Shown here: positions 39,701-54,700 of the stretch, piece after piece
Position numbering within the stretch: the first letter of the stretch is position 1
Layout: every line of letters starts with the position of its first letter
DNA from: Leptogorgia sarmentosa
Taxonomy: Eukaryota
NCBI GenBank assembly: GCA_964658305.1
Contig: OZ210885.1
Coordinates: forward strand, 12,276,001 to 12,340,000
Direction: 5' to 3'
Length of the DNA: 64,000 bases
Notes under the pieces: generated by a model
Database searches by the model: none
Seen by the model: the letters and a program-made list of their open reading frames with translations, nothing else
Told to the model about the DNA's origin: nothing
Made by a program: the position numbers and the translations under genes

Positions 39701-42700
39701 TGGCACATATGCCATGTTGACCGGCATGGTCAATTTACCCAAAAACAGTTGAGATTATCTGTCCTAAATGAAGTGCATACAAACTCATATACAGGTCCTA
39801 GACTAGTGGAAAAAAAAGAAATTCAGAATCCTTGTCTGCAAATATACCACGTGGTCTAATTCCTTCTCCTGGTGCAAAACTTATTATTCTGTCACCATCT
39901 TGGATAATGTTGGTTTCTTGTAATTGTGTATCCATAAGACCTGATGAACGTTCAGTCACTTCACACCACTCATCATCTGTATCGTTATCAACCAAGTAAT
40001 TACTTGCATTTGCCTCAACTACTTCTTGACTGTGAGCGTTCAGATTTTCTGAAGTATCCATTCCATCAATGGAAATAAACTCTGACCACTTTTCTTCAAT
40101 ATTATCCACTTGATTTGATACATAATTGCCCATTAATTGTATATTCCTTCGTCTTTAAAGATTTCACTGGTACGAACTAAGTAGCTATTGAGCTGCTTCT
40201 GCAGCTTTACTAATAGCATTCTGAAATTGATAAAGGTGTTTGTACCAAGAGGTCGTTTTTATTTAATTGAAATTGTTTGTGATTCATCAATTGGTCTTTG
40301 TAAAACGCTTATAGTGGAATTTACATCATCAGGTACATTACCTATACATTCCCATGAATACTTAATTGGCCTCCTCGAACTTAATTGGGAAGTTCTCGTA
40401 CTTGCATAAAAGGTATTCTTGGCGAGATTAGTCTTTCTTCAAGAGGTGTCAAATCCTTTAAGACATCAGGCTTTTCTTGGTAACTTATTTTATTCGCCTT
40501 ATCACAAGTAAGACGTTTGACAGCTTTTAGGTTCGGGAGGTATTACATATCAATTCAGTATTGTCAATGCTTTTGAGAAAAGTAATACATAAATTGAAAA
40601 GTTCTTTTGAACACGACTTATACAAAGAAACATTATATTTGTCTGATGCTGGTATTATATACTGGTCAGAACATGTACAAATGTATTCTGGTCCAACACT
40701 AACGTTCTAATGAAATAATTCAATGGCTGTTGATATGTTTGTTGACAACCTCGCATCAGAAGGAGTTACATTAATTTTAAAGTTTCAATTGAATTGCCTT
40801 GGAAGTTAGATTTTAATCTCGTTTGTTTCCGTACAAGACAGTTTCCTTTCAATATAACCCCCTTGTTAGAATATTTTGAACTCTTTATACCGGACAGTTT
40901 TTATTATAATTTCTATTTTAGTTTTTAGATGATTCCACAAACTTCTCAGGATTTAAATTTCTGTAAAATGCAGTAGCTCTTTTTCTAGATTCTTCAACCT
41001 TTTCAGGATTGTTATGAATGCATCATGCAGTGGTTTTCTTCGAGGAATGTTTAACCTTCTCAGAATTTATATTTCTGTAAAATGTAGTAGCTCGTATTCT
41101 AGATTCTTCAACGTTTTCAGGATTGTTATGAATGCATCATTCAGTGGTTTTCTTAGAGGACTGTTTAACCTTCTCGGGATTTCATTCTTTGTATGTTGCA
41201 GGAGCTTTTTGCCAAGTTAGATTCCTTAATTTTTTCAGTGTTCAAATTTTTATAGTTTTTATTATAAGACTTTTCATTCAACTTCTTTGTTTTTAATTTT
41301 ATCATCTTTACTTCGCTCTTTTATATATTTCTTCCTCTCATCTATTTTTTCAATAAGGTAAACCAGTTTTACTTTGATAAATTTTCTGATTTGGATTGAG
41401 AATCTCGCGAGTTTGATAAGTTTCAGAATCTGTCATTTGATTTGTTTGTGCAGAAAAAGATTGTGTGGTAGACGTGGTTGACACGCAATGCAGTTCATCA
41501 AGATGGCCTATATAAATATCTCTCGCATTTCCTCCTTCAAGCTCAGTATAAATAGTTCACAATTGTTGACTCGGAACAATTGAGTGCACTTTTCGTGATG
41601 AATTATTCGTAAATGATTTGTATTAGCAACTGCCTGTATAATAATATTGTCTGCCCATGTACTAAGTGTCGACATATTTCGTAAACATTGCAACTATGAC
41701 GGCTCAGTGTTATGTTCCATGAAATCTTCTGGACAGTTTATTAAATTTTGCATTGCGAGAGCTCTTATTTGGAGATGACGATCTTCAGTTCCGTAAAGTT
41801 GCTGGCTAACACTACGAAAGAAGTAGTTAGCATCACCGACAATATTTACTTGCTTTCGCCCTTTGCGAGCTCATCTTGTCGTCAACACTGACAGATGAGT
41901 AGCATTCACGGGACCCGGATTTAACTCAATATCACCACGCACACAAATAAGAAACAGATTATCACATGTAAAAATTCTTTGTACATTACATTTATTTGCA
42001 CGAACAATTTTAGCATTGTTTAATTCAAAACATTTGTGTTTTGTTGTTCTGATAGTATGCATGTTAGTAATTGTCAAACTCCTTTTGAGACAATCATTCT
42101 TTGCATGAAAATTTGTATAGGCTTCAGAAATTCCCACATGTTTGTATTTGCAGGTTTTTGAATCACATATTTACGGTATCTTGTAGAGAGAAAATTGTGC
42201 CAGCATGATGATTTTTGAATGAAATTAAGCTATTTGTTCTACGCGTCTTGTCTTAATTGTGCTCATTAAATAAACCAACTTTTTCATGGGAATGTCTAGA
42301 CGGTTCACGATCACGTTTTCTAGCATGTCCCAAATGTTTTATACATCATGATCTACTTTTGTAGATAAACGTTCACCTTTTATATTCGTATTAAAATCAT
42401 TGTTACTTAGCTGTAAACTAGCATCGGATGTTGCTTTTGAATACTTGTGATTGACCTTTGATGCATTTTCAAGGTCATCTGCACTTTGATTCATACAAGT
42501 AAGCGTCTCATAAGCGTAATTGTTTCATATATAAATTTTTCATAATTTCAGATAAGTTAGCATAGTTTCTCGATTACATAAGGCTCGCTGGCAAGTGAAG
42601 CGAGTGGCGATAACACGTTGGCTATCTCCTCGCCTTTTACTTTTAAAATCAGCTCACTGACGAGTCAAGAGGTTTTCAGAAATGTCGTAAAGTTTGCACT

Positions 42701-45700
42701 TCATTTTCTTCGATCGTATACGAACAACTCCTTGTGTGTTGGCACGGACTCATATGACGTTGTGCGACAGCCACATTGATTCGTATCGATCAGCCAGCTA
42801 ATTATTTTCAATACACGCAGCGTGTTGTGCACGTGTTATGGTTTTATAATGATCTTTGGCAACTTACTCAACTGAGTGTACTTCCATATTTAGTGAGCCA
42901 TGCAATCACTTTGAATTACCCAAAGCATGCTTTACACGTGCTATACGAGGTTCTGCGTCATGCGTAGACGCACATAATGTGACGATTTTACATTTGCTGT
43001 AATTACAGCGTTTACATTTTGTGGCCTTGTGGTAGTCAAACATTGTTAACCACTTCACTGATTGACGGCCCCACTCTAAGCGTTCGCCATATGTTGTGTA
43101 GAAATTTTAATGCCCGAATGAATGCTGAGTTTGAAATTTTTGCAAAAATTGAAATTCCGGAGGGGCTTTCCGGCATTGTGTACTCTAACTTGTGGGCTTC
43201 TTCACCCATAGCTTACTTTTCTATTCATTAGAGTAACTGCAAACCATGATGATCAACGATTTATAGCTACAATTGCATAATTTTTGTAAGGATATCAGTC
43301 AATTGTGGAGTTTGTACATGGGAAGATTTTGGAAAGCACCCCCCATGCCCCCTCCCCCATCAAGTTTACACTATGAATGAATGACTGATGTGAATTTTCC
43401 CCACTCATCAAAATAATGCCAAATTTCTTCGAAACTTTGCACTAAATAGTGAGGCAACTTAAACAAATCATAGAAGAATGAGACAAATTAAAGTTCATTA
43501 TTTGAATTACCTAGGAGTTGAGGACAGATAGAATCTGGGTTTTCGTTGATGACATCGGCAGAGAACATTAACGAGGATTTGAGAAGTTGGATTTCCTCCG
43601 ATTCTGTGTCCACAAAACGAAAATCTGATATTGCAGAGAATACGCTGACGTGTTTCGCTTTTTGTTTGAGCCAGTGTAGATCAAACAGCAACTGGAGTAG
43701 TTCACCATGTCGTCCCGAAGAATAAATGTGATAGGGTAGGTACTTGAAATAATAGTCTTTTTGGCAGGTAGTTGAATTATCATTCCAGTCACCATCCACG
43801 CACAGGCCACAAAGTGTCTTTACGAACTTATCCTGAACATCATATAGTGTACCCATGTCTTGAAGTTTTGTCTGGGCAAAATCCAAAAGCAAGTCATGGA
43901 CACGATAGCTTTTCTTTCCGTGGAGTTCAGGCCCTGAAATTGATCGAAATGTTAGAAAATTTGTACTAGAGGCGGACAATTTTTGAAATCTCAAAATCGC
44001 CGTTGAGTAGTATAGAAGGAGTTGTGCTATCAGGTTTTCGTAAATACGAAATGGCTTAGTCACAATAAGAATAATTATTGGCTATAGCGAGCCAAGAATA
44101 ATGCAATATCTGTAAAAAGACACACAGACTTAAGGTAGTCTTGGTAAAACTCCTAATTCCTAAAAAGCAAACAATATTTTTTAATTTACACGATTCGCCT
44201 TATTATTACAAAACATCAAAAAATCCACTTGATCCACTTTGCAACCTGTATTACTGGTTCACTGACTGTTGTAAATTTTCGTTACTAATGACAATACTGC
44301 AAAGTGAACTTGGCACTGAAGATAAAAATTTTTCGGAGGATGTGCAGATCAAAACCGTTAAAAGATAAAACTGTACCTTTTAAGATCAGCGACTTTCTCT
44401 CGAGCACAGCAAGTATATCTTTGTGTTTCTGAGGTTTGCGCGAAGTGTTTCCATTCTGGTTCTGTATCGAACACCACAGCAGCTCGAGTACATCTGACGG
44501 TATATCTGTATCCTCTGGAAATATAGCCAAATAAAGAAACATCTCGCGTACACTTTCGTCTAGGCGTTGGTAGCTCACATCAATGACTGCTAAGAGGTTA
44601 TCATAAGGATAATCGACTTTGGGAAATAATGAACGAATTCTCTCCAGGTCAGCATTTTTAAGATCATCTAAAACATCCTCCCAGTCTTGTTCCGCACGAG
44701 TGTCCGTTAAATTTGAACCCACCAGTGACAGAGCCAGGGGTAAACCTCGACACTGCTCTAACAGGTCTGCAATAATTCGCCGTAAGTTTGGCGTTAACTG
44801 TTCGTCTGGACTTATCCCAGCGCTCTGATACAACAGCCCTCGGGATTTATCTTGTGGCATAATAACAAGTTCGTACTTGGTAATTCCCGAACCGCAGAGA
44901 ACAGTAGCATCTCTAGTTGTTATTAGTAATTGGCATTTGCCAGATAAGCAATTGAATACAGCAGCGTCGTCCACCTTCCAAACATCATCAACAACAACCA
45001 AACAATCTTTATCCATCTAAAAATGAGTTGAAAACTAGCTCAGAAACCGTATGTTAACTACATTCAAAGGTCGGAAAATTTACAACTCTTACTGGCCAAG
45101 GCCTTCAAAGGCTCGCTTGCATTTTTTTAGTGGCATTTTCTGGCCTTTCTGATATATGAGGCACATGTTCATAGGTGGATTTATGACGAGTGTTCTGATT
45201 TTATTAATTCTGACTTCCGCAACTGGTTTAGTCTTTCACCTCAATCAAAGCGGAAATAATAAAACTCGCACTAGAAATAGCTGCAAAAATTGCAGTGTAA
45301 AAGAGTCCCAACTGCCAATGCATGATATGAATGAAGTTTTTTAAAGAACTGAGAAAGTAGAGGTAATATTTATCATTTATAGACCCGGAGGCAATATGAA
45401 GCAAATATTTCGACCATCAGTCAAGCCACATCAGTCGTATGCAAGTATATATTGTTTTCGTTTCACAAGAATGTACAAGTTAAGAATTGTGCTTTGTTTA
45501 CAAATACTTACACGAGCTGGCTGTAAAACGCACGAGAAATTTTCAATACTGAGCCGAGTTAAAATGTTAAATTTATTTTAAAAATTAAAGACAAGTAATA
45601 AAGCTTACAGCCTGTACATGTGGTCGTGTGAAAGAAAAGACTTGGAAGAATTGCCACTATTCTAGCTATAACGTCCATCTAACAACATCAGTGTTGTGGC

Positions 45701-48700
45701 TATTTCCACAACAATAGCATGACGATGTTAATTAATGAATGCATATGCATGCAAATCAAGTGCATGATATCAATTAACGTGTGTGATATTTTAAGTCATA
45801 AGCAAGTAAGTCATAAGCAAGTAAGTCATAAGCAAGTAATCATCTCGAAGTAAGTGAGTTATTCAAGTATATATTAACTCAAGTAAGCAGTCGTCAACAA
45901 GTTATTTAAGCATTCCTGCACAAATTGGTAAGAGACTGTATTTGTATGTATTATGTAGATTCCTGTATATATTTTCATGCTTGTACAAATTCTGTTATAT
46001 AATAGTAAATATTCGCCTCTTCTAGGAGTTTTACCGGCGAATCTACCGTGTTAAAACGTGTGCAGAAATAGAAGTGTTTATCAGATATCGTTTTCAATTT
46101 TGTACGAGCTGTACAACTGTAAAACTCCAATTTTCTTCGGGGTTTGAAGCATATTCAGTAGGACGAAGTTAATGATGTATAACTAAGTACAATGGCAGAA
46201 AGGATTAGTAACGCTTCAGGAGATGACATTTCGCGGCTGGACAATTCCCGTCGGGGATATTTGTCTTCGCTCACCAGAATATTCAATCAAATTGATCCAC
46301 TATTAAACGATTATTCGCACGTTGTACTTGTGAAAGAACTCCAGTCTAAATTACGAACAGCTTGGGCAAATTATCAGTCCTGTTGCTCGCGATATACTGA
46401 CGAAAATGTAACGGCATATCAAGTAACACAGAATCAACTTGCTGAACAATGCCATAAAAAACAAGAGTATGATGAAAAGATCGATAGTTATTTAAAAGAC
46501 TCTATTGTGTATTATAGTGACCAAGGCGTAGAAGGATTTGCGCAGTCTTTAAACAAAACACCTACAGGATCCGTAAGGTCAGCAAGTACCAGAGGTTCAA
46601 GAATTAGCAATTTTAGTGACGCTAGTCAAAGGTTAAGGGAAACCAGAGACGCTGCTGCCAAGGCAGCGATTGTTCATAAGCATGTTGAAAGTAAGAAAAG
46701 GCGCGAAGTTGAGCTCGAATTAAAGAGAATGGAATTAGAAATCAAACAGAGGGAGTTTGAATTACAACAGCGGTATGAATTAGCCCAGATTGAAATTGCT
46801 GACGAAGTTCAAAGGGCAAAAGATGATGCAGAGCTAGCAAATTTAGAAGCTGAATTGGCAAGGCAAGAGTTTGTTGAGTTGGCAAAGAGAACTGAAGATT
46901 TGGATCTGGATGAGATACCTTCTTCACCGTATATAAGGGAAGTTACATTACAAGCTCAACGCCAAGTTATTGGTAGTCAACGACGCGGTTTGAATCTATC
47001 ATCCGCTTTCAGGGGCGAGCCGAAGGTCCTAAGACAACCCACTCACCCAATGCACAATGTATCACGGACAACCCAACCAACTCAACCCCCCACCAGTTCA
47101 ACTGCAGAGTTTAGTAGTCCTACGCTCCTAAATACCCTTGTTACCACCATAGAAAAGATTGGGTTTTCACATGACTTCCCAACAATCGAAATACAAAAGT
47201 TCAACGGGTCCCCTCATCATTTTCCTGTTTTCCGGCATCGTTTTGATCAAATGATAAACTCTAAACCCATTGAGGAATCGGTGAAAATGTCTCGCTTACT
47301 CCAGCTTCTTGAAGGTCCACCATTAGATGCCGTAAGAAGATACGAGGCTGTCGATGGAGGTCTGACCAAGGCTCTTAAGCTTCTTGAGGAGCGTTATGGC
47401 CAACCTTGTCAAATTGTTCGTGCATGTGTGGATACTCTCACCAAAGGCGCAAGCATAGTTTCAAACGACAACGAGGCGTTGCAGAAGTTCGCAGACGAGG
47501 CACAAGTCATGTACGACACATTGAAATCGATGGACTGCCTTGCTGAAATGAACGTTGATAATCTGGAGAGAATGATTTCGCGTTTACCTAAATGGATGCA
47601 GTCAAAGTTTACCGAACACCTCAGAAAGATAGAACATGGTGGCCGAGTTATGCCCACATTCAAAGATGTAGTCAATTTCTTAAAGGAACGCGCGAGTGTA
47701 GCCAATCACCCTTTCTTTAGTAATTCGTTGATGGGGAATAAGGAAAGGGTTCCTAACAGTGGCGGTAGACAACGTATAAAGGGACAAACTATTCTTAATA
47801 CCAATGCCAATGAAGTTACACCATGTCCAATGGGCGCTAAACCACATCCATTGTACCGATGTCATGTATTTAAATCCAAAACGGCGGAAGAGCGAGGAGA
47901 ATTCGTGAAGAAGAGTGGAATTTGTTTCAATTGTATTAACTCGACAAGTCATACGTCACGTTTATGCAAGTCTAAATTTCGATGTCAGGTTCCAGATTGC
48001 GGCAAGACGCATCATACATTGCTACACAGATTAACTCCTCCTCCCATTAAAGCTATTCGAACAGCCGAAATTGGTACAAGTACACACGAGTCCCCACCTG
48101 CGTCTGCATCGTTGCCTCCTGCTGACCAAAAACTTCAGCACCATATGGATAGTTCAAAGGAAGTTCTATTACAAGTAATACCCATAAAGATTATTAGCCC
48201 TGATGGTAAAATGGTTACTACCTATGGGCTAATTGATTCAGGATCTGACGTTACATTAATTGACCAATCGCTCGTCGAGCAACTACAGTTTAAGGGACAA
48301 CCTGACCGGCTCCACTTTTCTACGATTGATTCCAAGGATATTCAAGAGGCAGGTGTCAAAGTTGAATTTAAGATGGGTGCAGTGGACAACAATGATGATG
48401 ATGATATGATCGATGTGCAAAATGCGTGGTCCATTAAAGATCTTAATATTCCGCTGAAACATCAAGTTATTCATCGAAATGTCGGTCAATGGCCCCATTT
48501 GCAGCATGTACCATTCCCTGAAGTTCAGCGTAACAAAATATCTGTTCTTATTGGCACGGATGTTCAAGAAGCGTTCATCCCACTGGAAGTCAGAAAGGGT
48601 ATGCGAAGTGAGCCCTTGGCCATAAGATCGTGTCTGGGTTGGAGCATTCTCGGTAACTGCAGCAAGGCTGCAAACAATTCCAGTAGACAGAGTTTCCTGA

Positions 48701-51700
48701 TCAACCACGTTGCCCAAGAGATTTCCCTTGATAATCAGCTGGAGAAGTTTTGGCGTGTTGAATCGCACGGCGTAAGTCCACGCACTAACCAGCCAGTAAT
48801 GTCCATAGAAGATCGTGATGCTGTGAAAATAATCGAGAATACAATCTCCAAGTCTGATGGACATTATCAGATGGGTTTATTGTGGAAGGAAGAGAATCGA
48901 TGCATGCCATATAACCGACCTCTAGCTGAAGCACGTCTAAGCCATATAAGGAAGCGTTTACTTCGAGATCCAATCTTGAAGGCCAAATATAGAGCAATTA
49001 TAGATGATTACGTTGTCCGTGGATATGCTAGAAAGTTAACTCAAGAAGAAGCTAATGCAAGAAGTAATGTTACGTGGTATCTCCCACATCATCCAGTGGT
49101 AAATCCAAACAAGCCTGGTAAAGTAAGGATCGTGTTCGACGCAGCTGCCAGATTTCAAGGTACTTCGTTGAATGATAATCTTCTTCACGGTCCCAACTTT
49201 ACAAATGATTTGGTCGGTGTTCTTCTGCGTTTTCGTCATCACAAGGTGGCTCTAGCGGCGGACGTTGAAGCAATGTTTCACCAGGTTAAAGTAATTGACG
49301 AGGATACAGATGCCCTGAGATTCTTATGGTGGAGTGAAGATTTCGATAAGCCTCCTGATGACTACAAAATGCTTGTGCATATTTTTGGTGCTGCTTCTTC
49401 ACCTTGTTGTGCCAACAAGGCCTTGAAAGCAACCGCAACTGACAATGCAGAAAAGTACCACCCAGAAGTTGTTCACACCACCGAACGAGATTTTTACGTT
49501 GATGATTTATTGACATCTGTTCCGACGGTTGGCAAAGCAGTGTGGTTGACAGAGCAGTCGAGAGCTATATTAGCTGAAGGAGGATTCCGATTAACAAAGT
49601 TTGCCAGTAACGAACGGGATGTACTAACAGCAGTCCCACTTGAAGACAGGGCTGACCCAACTCTTAATCTAGATTTGGATGACCTACCCATCACTCGAGC
49701 GCTTGGTCTCCATTGGAACACAAATTCTGACACCCTCCACTTCAAGATCATCCGTTGTGATAAGCCCTACACTAAACGGGGGATGCTTTCAACGGTGAGC
49801 TCTCTTTACGATCCGCTCGGGTTATTGAGTCCCTTCACCATTCGCGCTAAGGTGTTATTACAAGAACTTTGGAGAATCGGAGTTACGTGGGATGAAGAGA
49901 TTGAAGAAAGTTTACTTAAGCGTTGGCAAGATTGGCAAGATGACCTATTGAATCTCTCCAAAGTGATAATCCCAAGATGTTATCAACTATCGCTCCTCCA
50001 ACAGCCTATTGAGTTCCAGTTGCACCATTTTTCTGATGCATCCAGAGTTGCCTACGCATCCGTTTCGTTTTTGAGAATGTCTGACGAGGCTGGTAATATT
50101 CATTGTGCCTTCCTTATTGGCAAAAGTCGCAACGCTCCTCTACGAGATTGGTCCATTCCGCGCCTAGAATTGCAGGCTGCTGTTCTGTCGTGTCGATTAC
50201 ACAGATTAATCGAAGATGAACTGGACTTAACAATTTCGTCGACTTATTTTTGGTCGGATTCCATGACGACACTTCAATACATTAAGAACACGAAACGGCG
50301 TTTTCAAATATTCGTCGCGAACCGGCTGAATGAAATCCACGACGTCTCATCACCTTCTCAATGGAACCACGTACCTGGTCCTGTCAATCCGGCCGACGAT
50401 GGATCAAGAGGTATGAATATTCCAGCTATGTTATCTAGTGGTAGATGGTGGCATGGTCCTGAATTCCTGTGGAAAGATAAAGAGTATTGGCCAATCTCCC
50501 ATGTAGGTGATGTTCCTGATAATGATAAAGAGATCAGGTCAACAAAACAAGTTTCTGTTCTTGTTTCGGGGAGTCCATTGTTACGGTTCTTAGAGCGCTA
50601 TTCTTCATGGTCCAAGTTACAAATTATGATGGCGTGGCTGTTGCGTTTTCTTCAGTACGTGTCAAATCCACATCATCAAGTGAAACCATCTTCAATCAGC
50701 ATTACCGAATTACGTGAAGCTGCCGTTCATATAGTTCGCTTGGTCCAGATGCATCATTTTCATGAAGAAGTAGAAACTTTACAAAGTCCAAAGTCAAATG
50801 TCCTAGCTCGAAGTAAGTTAGCCACATTTAATCCAATTTTGATGGACGGAGTTATTCGAGTTGGAGGAAGATTAAAACATGCACCCATATCGTATGAAGC
50901 AAAACATCCCATGATTCTTCCCAATAATGACCATGTGTCCACATTAATCATCCGTCACTATCACGAGATCCTTGGTCACGCAGGACGTGAACATGTTCTC
51001 TCGTTCGTGAGACAAAGGTATTGGATTCTTGACGCACGAATTCTTACTCGTCGTATTTTGCGCAATTGTCTAACTTGTCGTAAACGAAGCGAAGCAGCAA
51101 TGCAGCAAATAATGGCAGATCTTCCGAAAGAAAGATTAGTTCCATATGAACCGCCATTTACTTATACCGGTGTTGATTTTTTCGGACCCTTTTTTGTTAA
51201 AAGAGGGCGATCTTCTGTGAAAGTTTACGCATGCATATTTGTATGTTTCAACAGTCGAGCAATTCACATTGAGGATGTCAGTTCACTGGAGACTGACACT
51301 TTTATCCAAGCGCTACGAAGATTTATTTCCAACCGTGGTAGTCCTAAAAGAATCTGGAGTGATAATGGGACAAATTTTCGTGGCGCCGAGAAGGAACTCC
51401 GACTGTCAATCCAAAATTGGAATCAAGAATCCATCAAAACAGCAATGAGATCAAAGGAAATAGAATGGGAAATGCGTCCTATTTCACAATGGCAGTTCCA
51501 AACCCCAGTAGCCAGCCATATGAGTGGTGTTTGGGAACGTTTGATTAGAAGCGTCCGGAAGTCAATGAAAGCTGTTATTGGCCACCCGAATGCGTACGTA
51601 ACTAAAGAAACATTACGCACCATTTTTGCTGAAGTTGTGACCATTTTAAATAGTCGTCCACTATGTGCCAGCAGTGATGATCCAAATGACTTTGAAGCAT

Positions 51701-54700
51701 TAACTCCAAGTCACTTCCTCCTGCAACGACAAAATGTCGCTTTACCACCTGGTCACTTCACTAATCACGATCTCAACTGTCGAAAACAATGGCGACGTGC
51801 CCAGTTTTTGGTGAATTGTTATTGGAAAAGATGGATAAAGGAGTACCTCCCGCTTCTACAGTCCAGACTGAAATGGAGACGTGAGAAGAGAAATCTCAGA
51901 AAAAACGACTTAGTATTGGTAGCTGATAAAGGTACTCCGCGAGGCAAATGGTCATTAGCTCGTGTTACAAGAGTCTTCCCGGGACGTGATGGTCGTGTTC
52001 GCACCGTTGAAGTTAAGACAAAGGACACTACGTTTACTCGACCGATTACAACATTGTGTCTCAGTGGCGGAAATTCAGTTCAGGAGGTGGGGGGGCAAAG
52101 CTTCGCGAATTTCCGACAAATTTGTTTCGATTGTTCATACTTTTTTCTTTTTTGATAAACATGGACAAGCGCAGAAATGGCAAAAATGAATTTACAAACA
52201 CAACATATCAGACAATTAGACAAATAGGTTCTTTCTTCTGCTCACTAATCCAAAGAGGTCAACGGCACGGTCAACGTTTAGCGACCTACTACGTTCAGTT
52301 GATAATACTGCCAAGTCTGACGTACGTTTCTGATTCGTGGTTGACCTTTGACAAGTCTTTATTAATTTCAATTTCGAAAACGATCTTTCTGGCCCCGCTG
52401 TCGTCACTGGGATTGTAAGAAATATCTGGTATAGTCGATAAAGGTTCGGGAAAACCTTGTATAGATTAGACGAAAACAGAAATTTAAAAATATGCTTGGG
52501 ACTGGTGCAATCACTTTCTTCTGTTTCCCATTTATACACAGTTCGCGTCTTTTTCAAAACTTGAACACGCTTCTTAGTCGCTACTTTAATACCTTTGCGC
52601 TCTTTAAATCTCGTCTGGAATAGTGTGTATACTCCGCGATGGCATCATTAGTGCTCACATCTGCCGATCCTGCAGACCCATACTCTTCCAATAAAACATT
52701 GAGTGAGCTCTCGTTGTCTTCTTTACTTCTATTGAGAAGATTGTCAGGAGAAAGACATGTAAAAGCAGATAAAATGCGCCGACTTTGGTCGAAACGTTCG
52801 TTAAGTTGGGTAATTATTACATCGATTGCTGTAAAATAAACATCCCGCTTAAACTGTTCTTTAGCATTTTCTGCAACTTCATCACTTGCCAGTTCGTCAA
52901 AGAACCTCTTCTTCTTTCTCGGCCTTTTCTCTGTGAATTCATCTGAAACACCACATTCGATGGCAACTTTTGATGCTTCGTCAATAAATTTCTCGAATTC
53001 TTGCTCTTTTCTTAATTCGTTTAAATTCGTTATGCAGGAATCTACCAACTGGAAACATTCTGCTAGATCTACGTTGTCGTTTTGTAATGTTTTGCTCAAA
53101 ATGTTTGTCAACTGTAAAACTTTATCAAAAATAGCAAGCATCGCAATGAATTCAAACTTTTCGCAGGATAGAAGTAATCCATTCGCCTTTGAGACAACAG
53201 TGGTATCCGTCTCATTTGTGATCATGTCTTCCAGCATGCGAATAATAGCAGGATATGTTGCTATGGTATCTTCTATGACTTTGTGATGTGTTTCCCACCT
53301 CGTCTCTGCATGACGCTTGAGAGACCGTGGTTTTAAATTCAGCTCTTTTTGGATGTCAAAAAAAGTGTTGTGACGCTTAGGACTTCCCTCTATAAACACG
53401 TACAACTCTCCCAGTGTGGCAAAAAACACTTTCATTGGAATGCTGCTCTGACACGCTTGCACGAGTACCAAATTTAGGGCATGGCAGGCACAGTGGACAC
53501 TCTTGACAATGGGATTGACCTCCAATATTCTGGTTTTCAATCCTTGGTATTTTCCGGTCATGTTGGCTGCTCCATCTGTACCTAATCCTCGCAGATTTTT
53601 TATTTCCAGTTCAAATTCTTTGAGTGTTATGTTGACTGTGCCGAACAGTATCTCCCCTGTTGTAGACGCGATGTTCTTAAATGTCAGAAAAGTTTCAAAA
53701 ATTTCTCCCCAGAGAGCATAACGGAACACGAAACTGAGCTGCTCATCTTTTGACATGTCAGAAGTTTCATCCAGCATCATCGAAAAGATACCAGCTTCTT
53801 TAATTTCATTGATTATATCATCTCTCGTAATCTGAGCAAGGGTGCCGATTATTTCATTCTGTATGGCAGGCGATGTGTACCGACAATACTTTTCCTTCTC
53901 TTTGAGATGCAAAGCCAAATTTCTGTCGAAAACTGAAATAAGCTGGATCAGTTCCAAATGGTTCCCCTTGTTATCCGAGTCTTCACTTTCATCGTGACCA
54001 CGAAATGCCAAATTTTGCCGAGCTAAGAAGGTTGTTATGTTGCACAACGTTGAAATTACCTTTCTGTTCTTTTCAACTTGTTCTTTTCTTTTCTTTTCGG
54101 CCAGCTTGGCACTTTCACTCAGAGAATGCTCGATGTCATTTCCTGATATAAAACACGAGTACTGGAATGCGGCGGTCTTGTGAATATCAGTGTTTTCATG
54201 GTGTCTGATCTTCTCTAATCCTTTCTTCCAGTTGTTGATACCAATCTTCGTCCAGTTAACTTCACTAAAGTGAGCTCCATCAGGAACAAACAGGGTACAC
54301 CAAAAGCAGAACATACGGTCTGATCTTGGAGAGTAAACTAACCAATCTCTTTTAAGGCTAATGTTTGACTTGTGCAAGTTACCATCAGCATCGCTCTTGC
54401 CAGAGACTTAAAATACCAGGCTTGATGAAAAGACCGCTTTGTCTCCTCTGTAATTGGAAAACCGTTTTCCAGATCATCTTCATTAGGCTGGCAAGGACCT
54501 AATCGGCACAATTCTTTTCTCAAGTCAATGTTTGAATGTATATCTTCAAGTTGAAAAAGAGCAAGATCGTTGGGAAACTTTTTCCTCACATCAATAATAT
54601 GGATAGCCTTTTCCCCAGCATCCGAAGATGTACTTGACCAATCGCTGTCTTCATCTTCAGTGCATTCAACTTTGGACGTGGGACATCTGAATGATATTGA

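Noticed and set aside
46116..46135. Canonical tRNA primer-binding site
   Set aside because: No TGG start and no evident complementarity to the 3' ends of the tRNAs in this window.
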